The notes under the pieces: generated by a model | Databases searched by the model: none | Seen by the model: the letters and a program-made list of their open reading frames with translations, nothing else | Told to the model about the DNA's origin: nothing | Virus record (IMG/VR): IMGVR_UViG_3300019872_000012 | Coordinates: 1-30,308 of that record | Direction: 5' to 3' (one strand) | Length of the DNA stretch: 30,308 nucleotides | Source of the DNA: a virus | Taxonomy: Duplodnaviria > Caudoviricetes | Position numbers and translations under genes: made by a program | Shown here: positions 25,165 through 30,308 of the stretch, one piece after another | Numbering within the stretch: the first letter of the stretch is position 1 | How the letters are laid out: each line of letters starts with the position of its first letter

Positions 25165-26025
25165 GGGTTGCTCCTCTGCTAAAGCTCCGCGGCTCTCGAA
25201 AGCTCCGCGGGAAATCTGCGCTTGAAGGGTTGCTATTACGGATTCCAGTGTACCAACCGAATCGGCAAAGCCGGCCTTGACGGCGGAAACCCCGATGATG
25301 GTTCTGCCTCCAAGTTCAAGAATTGCTTTTTCCTTGATACCTCTGTTCTCTGCAATCGCGTTGACGAAAATCTGACCGAGCTCATCAACGTGAGCCTGCA
25401 AGTCTGCCCGGCCCTGATCGCTTTCAGGGTCGGACAACTTGCGGGGGCTGACGGACGAAACAAATCTCACCGTGTCCTCTTCGTCGTCTTTATACGCCGT
25501 GAGGATAATTCCAATTGATCCCACCGAGGCCGTACGCTCAAGAGTGATCGACTCAGCCGCGGAGGCAATCCAATAGGCCGCGGAGGCTCCAAGGTTGCTG
25601 ACGTAGGCCCATACGGGTTTCCGCTTGATCGCCTCTTTGATCATCAGAGCAAATTCATTTGTCCCGGAGACGGTACCCCCGGGGCTGTCGATGTTGAGGA
25701 CGATTCCCTTGATCGAGGGGTTTTCGACAAGGGCTGTCAGCTCATGCGCCATATCCTGCAGGCTTGCGGCGCCGGAGATCTCGGAAAACATAGTGGCTTT
25801 GGGAAAGATTGGGCCGGCAATTTCAATAACTCCGACCTGGCCTCTGATCACCGTGGCCATTCCGCCTTCCAGACGCCGGCCGGGCCGGGCTGACAGGGCC
25901 TCTACCTCGCCTTGCAGCCACGCCGGCGTATCTCTCGAGGCTATTGCGGCCATAACCGTCAGGGCCTCTTGGGTGATGGCCCAACGCGCCGAAAACATAG
26001 CTCTGAGAATTGCGGTAGTCTTCAT
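24655..26025 (-). CDS. S49-family capsid maturation protease with C-terminal scaffold
   Basis: LNIDSPGG, ASAAYWIASAA and VGSIG motifs of SppA/S49 peptidases. Confidence 0.95.
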   Translation of the reverse strand: MKTTAILRAMFSARWAITQEALTVMAAIASRDTPAWLQGEVEALSARPGRRLEGGMATVIRGQVGVIEIAGPIFPKATMFSEISGAASLQDMAHELTALVENPSIKGIVLNIDSPGGTVSGTNEFALMIKEAIKRKPVWAYVSNLGASAAYWIASAAESITLERTASVGSIGIILTAYKDDEEDTVRFVSSVSPRKLSDPESDQGRADLQAHVDELGQIFVNAIAENRGIKEKAILELGGRTIIGVSAVKAGFADSVGTLESVIATLQAQISRGAFESRGALAEEQPMKFGDTKAGKYIASLLNKESSEALAAKPPEGLSDEESATIEQMRTSLRAETLKRFDTEAAAFVAGLFANNKIFPFEAKALTADYLQAAIDDFDHPLSEGTRVQRLKTRCDSLKAHKLTDELVPEPASTRTIPGNAGDDPEKAQFDDEYQATLAWAKKYGRGSARPAEVK

Positions 26026-26036
26026 CGTTTTCCTCT

Positions 26037-26079
26037 AAAAAGCCCGGGGTACCCCGGCAGGATTACCCCGGGCGTTTTG
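26037..26079. terminator. Hairpin between portal and protease genes
   Basis: GCCCGGGGTA / TACCCCGGGC arms with an A run on the left and TTTT on the right. Confidence 0.55.
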
Positions 26080-26117
26080 ACCGCGGAAGCCAAGAGAAGC
26101 CGCGGTTTCCTTCGGGC

Positions 26118-27638
26118 TCACAAGGCCCTCATTCGCACCTGCATTGTTTCCCTTTTGAAAACATCACGGGCGGTAACTTTCTTGACCAATCTCTGACGGC
26201 CTTCAAGCCATTCTTTCATGGCCGCCTCTTTCTTCTTTTTGTCGGCGCCGGGGGCGTCCTCCAATCCGGGCTGGATCCCACGGGCCGGCCTGTCTTCACC
26301 TGGTAGAGGGGGCTCGATGCCGGCCGCCAGGCATAAGGCGTCAAACTGCGAGTCAGATAAATAGACAGCCAGAGCCGCAATCGACGCGGCGTCCTTCGCC
26401 CAGTCATATCTATCCGTTTCGCCCATCGCAACGGCCGGAGCCAGGCGCAAAGATTCAGGGCCGAAATTGAACAGCATCAACGGCCGGATGTAATCGCGCA
26501 CCAAGGCATCGCAGAGCCGTTGTTTGAGAAACCAAACATAAGTTGTGAGGAGTGAGAGGGAAGTGGTTGAGTCTGCCTTTGAGCCATGCTCAGCCTCCGT
26601 TGTCGCTCTCGTTGTCCGGAGCTGTCCAACGGTGATTTCCTTGTTGACCAGTTCGAAAACTTTATCAAATAAAGCGCCGTCTGATTCTTGTTCGACGGTT
26701 GTGACCTTGGCCCCGTTTTGGATGGCCATGGCTGAGCCGTTCCCGAATGACAGTAGGGCCGCCATCATTACATCGGTCGGGTTTTGTATGACCGGCTCAC
26801 CGTTCACTTTCTTGACGGTACCGTCCGCGTTCTTTGCAACCTCAACGACGGTATTGGGCGCAACCTCGCCAATCAAGCCGGGGATTGCGCAGATCTTGAG
26901 AAACTTTTGGAGTATCGGCCAAAGTTCTTGCTTGAATTTCCATGACGCGAAGATCGAGCGGAAACCCTGCCGGCCGCGGATATCCTCATTTTTCTTTGTG
27001 ACTGTGAGAATTATAAATTTTGATCGAGGGAGAACCGGCCGGTCATTGGCGTCGAGTTTCAGGCCCCTGGTTGTGTCCGGGCCGTACGCCGGCTGAATCC
27101 CCAGGATATTCCAATACGCGTCGATCAAGAAGTAGATGGATGAGGAGTCTTTTAGCTTTAGGTATCGGCTCACAAGCTTGCCGGCGTCGGGGCCGGCGTC
27201 GATCCGTTGCATCGTATGCTCAGCAACTTTGTTTCCGTAGGGGATTGCGTCAAGTAGCCCCTCACAGAGCTCTCTGATCGAGCCCCCTTCCAGATAGTCA
27301 TCCATGCAACGGCTGATAAAGGCCGCGTATTCTGCGGCCGTCACACTGTCCGGGGCCTGCATATCCTCATCAACAACCCTTGGGATGATTTGCAACCCAT
27401 CCGCTAAAACAAGCTCTTTGAGGAGTTGAAGATTAGACGATACAACCGGGTCAGTTTGCATCATCTCAATCGTCGCAGTTGGCAGGTTTGTGCAGAGGTC
27501 AGAATGGGTGGGAACTACGGCCGGCCGGACTGATCGAGCTCCGTTGTCAACAGAAACGTACTCCCTCGTCGCGTCCGCGCGCACTAGATTCAGGCCAGGT
27601 TGCTCTGTGTCTTCTGTGATGCGGTCTGCTATCGGCAT
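26118..27638 (-). CDS. Portal protein (DUF935 / Mu gp29-like)
   Basis: About 506 aa; DPVV, AIPYGNKVAE, GRQGFRSIF..WKFK...P and NKEIT..GQ motifs. Confidence 0.85.
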   Translation of the reverse strand: MPIADRITEDTEQPGLNLVRADATREYVSVDNGARSVRPAVVPTHSDLCTNLPTATIEMMQTDPVVSSNLQLLKELVLADGLQIIPRVVDEDMQAPDSVTAAEYAAFISRCMDDYLEGGSIRELCEGLLDAIPYGNKVAEHTMQRIDAGPDAGKLVSRYLKLKDSSSIYFLIDAYWNILGIQPAYGPDTTRGLKLDANDRPVLPRSKFIILTVTKKNEDIRGRQGFRSIFASWKFKQELWPILQKFLKICAIPGLIGEVAPNTVVEVAKNADGTVKKVNGEPVIQNPTDVMMAALLSFGNGSAMAIQNGAKVTTVEQESDGALFDKVFELVNKEITVGQLRTTRATTEAEHGSKADSTTSLSLLTTYVWFLKQRLCDALVRDYIRPLMLFNFGPESLRLAPAVAMGETDRYDWAKDAASIAALAVYLSDSQFDALCLAAGIEPPLPGEDRPARGIQPGLEDAPGADKKKKEAAMKEWLEGRQRLVKKVTARDVFKRETMQVRMRAL

Positions 27639-27707
27639 GGTGCTTCGCACGTGAGAGTATTAGAAGATACGAAGCTGTAAGGCCCGCAAGGTTAAACTTT
27701 GCGCAAT

Positions 27708-27947
27708 TTACGTGGGCTGAGATCCGTTTGTCAAGCCGGCCGCCAAGGTTTCCGATTTTTCGAGTCGCCACTTGACGTTCCGTCCACACGTACATTGAAT
27801 TGTGAAAGGGTACCTCAGGGCCAGGCCATTAGAGAGCCTGAGTTTGCATTGGAGGATGATTATCGTTCCCAAAAACTGATTGCAATGATGGCAATGAAGG
27901 GCGAGTTGTGGGAGATCCGGATTGTGGTCTTTTTGTTCGAAAGGCAT
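27708..27947 (-). CDS. Small Zn-ribbon protein (Mu Com-like spacing)
   Basis: CHHCNQFL...IQCTCG; start at ATG 27947. Confidence 0.6.
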   Translation of the reverse strand: MPFEQKDHNPDLPQLALHCHHCNQFLGTIIILQCKLRLSNGLALRYPFTIQCTCGRNVKWRLEKSETLAAGLTNGSQPT

Positions 27948-28024
27948 AGGTGAGAAAATTTGAGCCGGCCGCAGTCTTCCCAACCGCGACCGGCAACCCT
28001 GTAGCGAAAGTAGAGATTCTCTGT

Positions 28025-28387
28025 TTATTTCTTCTTATCACCTCCCTCCGAGGCCGCGGCCGCCTTCGCTGGATTCACATCAAAGGCTCCTGGGAAAAAC
28101 GCGCCGTCGCCATATTTCACAGCCGGGCCGTAAATCAAAAAGAGCTCATTGCCAACCGCAACCTGTTCGTCACTGGCGGCCGGGCCAAGCTTGAGGGCAT
28201 TGATTGCCTCTTTGACCTGGTCGGCGTTCAATTTGGTTGCTCCGGTCAATGACGAAATTACGCCGGCCGGAATCGAGTCGGCGAATGTCTTAGGGGCCGG
28301 TTTGGCCTGGGCTTTGGGGGCCTGTACTACGGCCGGGGCCGTGGCTACGGCCGCAGGTACCGGCGTTTCTGTCTTATCATCTGCCAT
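28025..28387 (-). CDS. Ala/Pro/Lys-rich hypothetical protein
   Basis: GAGGAG RBS before ATG at 28387 (MADDKTETP). Confidence 0.75.
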   Translation of the reverse strand: MADDKTETPVPAAVATAPAVVQAPKAQAKPAPKTFADSIPAGVISSLTGATKLNADQVKEAINALKLGPAASDEQVAVGNELFLIYGPAVKYGDGAFFPGAFDVNPAKAAAASEGGDKKK

Positions 28388-28466
28388 AAAACTGTTCTCC
28401 TCAGAATTGGAAGGTTTAGATTTGGCCGGCCCGTCTTGGCTCAAGCCGGCCCCTGTCGTGATGGTA

Positions 28467-29144
28467 TCACGATTTAACTGAGTTGCCGGCAAAGTGAACC
28501 CTGACCGGCTCAGCCAATGCGGCGCCGTCACGAAAGATAATGTAAAAACCTTTGTCAGGATAGAACGCGATCAGGCAATCAATAAAGCCCCGCGTATCTA
28601 CCGTTGTCATGAGCTTGTACTCTCTCGATAGATGAAAGAAGGGAGCCTCTGAGGTCAGACAACGGCCGTCGCTCATTATGATGGCCCCAAAGATCTGAGG
28701 TATTCCCGTCACTTCAATCCTTTGTTTTTCGCTCATAAAAGTCAGCTTGTGTTTGCCGGCCAGATACCGCTTGGCCTCATAGAAGGCCCGGCCCCAATTC
28801 CCTACCGGCTGCCGGAGCTGATTGCGCATCCCCGGGAGAAGCGAATAGAAACAGGAATGGCAAAATGGTTCGTCGACGCCCTTCGAACCTGAGCAGGCTT
28901 TGCAAATGAAGCCGGCATGCTCAGGGCCTGGCGGCGGGTTTGGGATCGTGTAGGCCGGCTGGCGTTCGAAATTATCCATTGGCCCGCTCAGGGCCTCGCA
29001 TTTGTTGGTGAAAGAAAAAGGGAAGGGAGGCAAAGACTCGATTCGCTCCGGCCGGGGTATCTCTTCAAACATCGCCGGCCGGCCCAGGAAAGGAAAGGAT
29101 GAGCATTCTCTGCGCGGTAACTTTTCGTCTGTGTTTTCGTTCAT
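28467..29144 (-). CDS. Hypothetical protein with CxxC...CxxC Zn finger
   Basis: ATGA overlap with the terminase stop; CKAC...FCHSC. Confidence 0.7.
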   Translation of the reverse strand: MNENTDEKLPRRECSSFPFLGRPAMFEEIPRPERIESLPPFPFSFTNKCEALSGPMDNFERQPAYTIPNPPPGPEHAGFICKACSGSKGVDEPFCHSCFYSLLPGMRNQLRQPVGNWGRAFYEAKRYLAGKHKLTFMSEKQRIEVTGIPQIFGAIIMSDGRCLTSEAPFFHLSREYKLMTTVDTRGFIDCLIAFYPDKGFYIIFRDGAALAEPVRVHFAGNSVKS

Positions 29145-30308
29145 TCTGGCCTCAATTGTTTTTCACGGTCGCCGCCAATCAGAATCATAGGGCCGGTCAC
29201 AAAGCCGGCATAGGCAAGATTAAAGGCGTCCGCATCATCTGGTGATCTTTTCAAACGCTTTTTGGTGTTCTCTTTGGGCTCAACCACGCGTCGGCCGTGT
29301 CCATCAAGTTTCCAAATAGGCGACATCAACTGCTTTCGCAATTTATCACGTGATACGGAATCCAGTAAAGACAGATCAAGCCTATTTTCCCGGCAACGCT
29401 CTGCGGCCGTAAACCAGAGCTCTGAGCGGCGTTTTTCATACTTCTCTTCATCAAGCGCTTTTGTCCCGGCTCCTATGCCGATGAAATGGTAATAGCCCTT
29501 CTGATCAACAACTCCCCCGCCGACGCCGGAATCATCAATTAGTACGGGAATCTGGAAGGGTTCTAAATTGCAGAGGGGGGAATATTTAATACAGAGCTCT
29601 TTGAGCCGGCCGGTTGTAAACTTCGTATCTCTCCCCTGATAAGATTCATGGTAGATCGAGATTCCGCCTTGCCTTACGTGGATCGAGGTTTCATCGTCTC
29701 CGAACCGGGCGACGTCGCAACCAATTTGCACAATTCTATTGACGGAATCCCGTAATAAATCTTCCTTCGCCAGACACGCCAGGCGAAACAGGCCGTCAGA
29801 CCAGATTGAGTCAGACGCCGACGAAGGCCAGCGCCCCATGACACGGCCCTCGAAACGGGCGTCGGGGCGGTACCAAGTCAGCGGGATTCCCTTGGTCAGA
29901 CAGTAATCGGCCGGGGGCCAAACGAAATCGAGCTCCGGCTTGATCTCATCATCCTTGCCGAGTTTTACACACCACTGATCAAGCCTTTGGTTGAGCCAGG
30001 AAAGTGATATCGCTTTGGGGTATGGTTTCGGCCGGCCCCAAAGCTCAGCCTCAATATTTGGGTGATCGAATGCGGAGATTTGAATCGTCCGCCAGGTACC
30101 TGAAAGGAATTCCTGATATGCGTATGAAGTGGTGTCCGTTGGGTTCATAATTGCCAACCAACGATTGCCGGCGCCGGATGACAGCATGCCGTCTGCGGCC
30201 GTCCAGAATTGTTCATGGATGCCGGTCGCCTCTTCAAAGATGATCAAAAGATTTTCTTCGTGATCACCCTGGAAGCTATCCGCGTTCCGGGCCGTGTACC
30301 CTCCGGCA
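29141..30308 (-). CDS. terL: Terminase large subunit (5' part outside window)
   Basis: FQGDH...LIIFEEA Walker B region, IMNPT coupling motif, GCDVARFGDD, DDSGVGGGVVD and RSPDDADA nuclease motifs. Confidence 0.95.
   Translation of the reverse strand, partial: AGGYTARNADSFQGDHEENLLIIFEEATGIHEQFWTAADGMLSSGAGNRWLAIMNPTDTTSYAYQEFLSGTWRTIQISAFDHPNIEAELWGRPKPYPKAISLSWLNQRLDQWCVKLGKDDEIKPELDFVWPPADYCLTKGIPLTWYRPDARFEGRVMGRWPSSASDSIWSDGLFRLACLAKEDLLRDSVNRIVQIGCDVARFGDDETSIHVRQGGISIYHESYQGRDTKFTTGRLKELCIKYSPLCNLEPFQIPVLIDDSGVGGGVVDQKGYYHFIGIGAGTKALDEEKYEKRRSELWFTAAERCRENRLDLSLLDSVSRDKLRKQLMSPIWKLDGHGRRVVEPKENTKKRLKRSPDDADAFNLAYAGFVTGPMILIGGDREKQLRPE

Larger units (their letters stand above)
1..30308 (-). 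mobile_element. Tailed phage / prophage segment (siphovirus-like morphogenesis operon plus regulator and small-gene cassettes)
   Basis: Terminase-portal-protease-capsid-connector-tube-chaperone-tape measure-tail tip order on one strand; no host housekeeping genes; no att site seen. Confidence 0.97.

Noticed and set aside
10472-29556. Weaker 9-10/14 operator matches (10472, 16178, 16243, 24138, 25612, 29543)
   Set aside because: At this mismatch level several chance hits are expected in 30 kb, so they were not counted as evidence.
1-30308. Stop-codon reassignment
   Set aside because: Large genes are intact under the standard code and all three stops end genes; the breaks are frame changes, not in-frame stops.
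1-30308. tRNA or rRNA genes
   Set aside because: No cloverleaf or T-loop pattern found by eye in the intergenic gaps.

Overview
The whole window is part of a tailed dsDNA phage or prophage with siphovirus-type gene order. All but one credible gene lie on the minus strand. Reading right to left: terminase large subunit (cut by the window edge), small Zn-finger and hypothetical genes, DUF935/Mu gp29-type portal, S49 maturation protease with a nested scaffold, head decoration protein, major capsid protein, head-tail connectors, tail tube, tail chaperones, tape measure, distal tail, a 1673-aa tail tip with inserted repeated beta domains, and two further tail proteins. Then come a membrane protein / basic protein / DUF2227 block, a single plus-strand Cro/C1-type HTH regulator, and a series of small-gene cassettes. 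No integrase, replication gene or clear endolysin is visible. Signals not explained by the gene list: (1) a 14-bp palindrome, TACGGGATCCCGTA, in the cassette promoter spacers that also recurs inside late genes, next to an apparently leaderless HTH repressor with a histone-H1-like tail; (2) modular terminator-promoter-hairpin-RBS cassettes, two of them near-identical; (3) three virion genes split by a +1 frame change; (4) strong enrichment of GCCGGC and apparently CTCAG/CTGAG. Product names come from motifs and gene order by eye, and all counts are manual.
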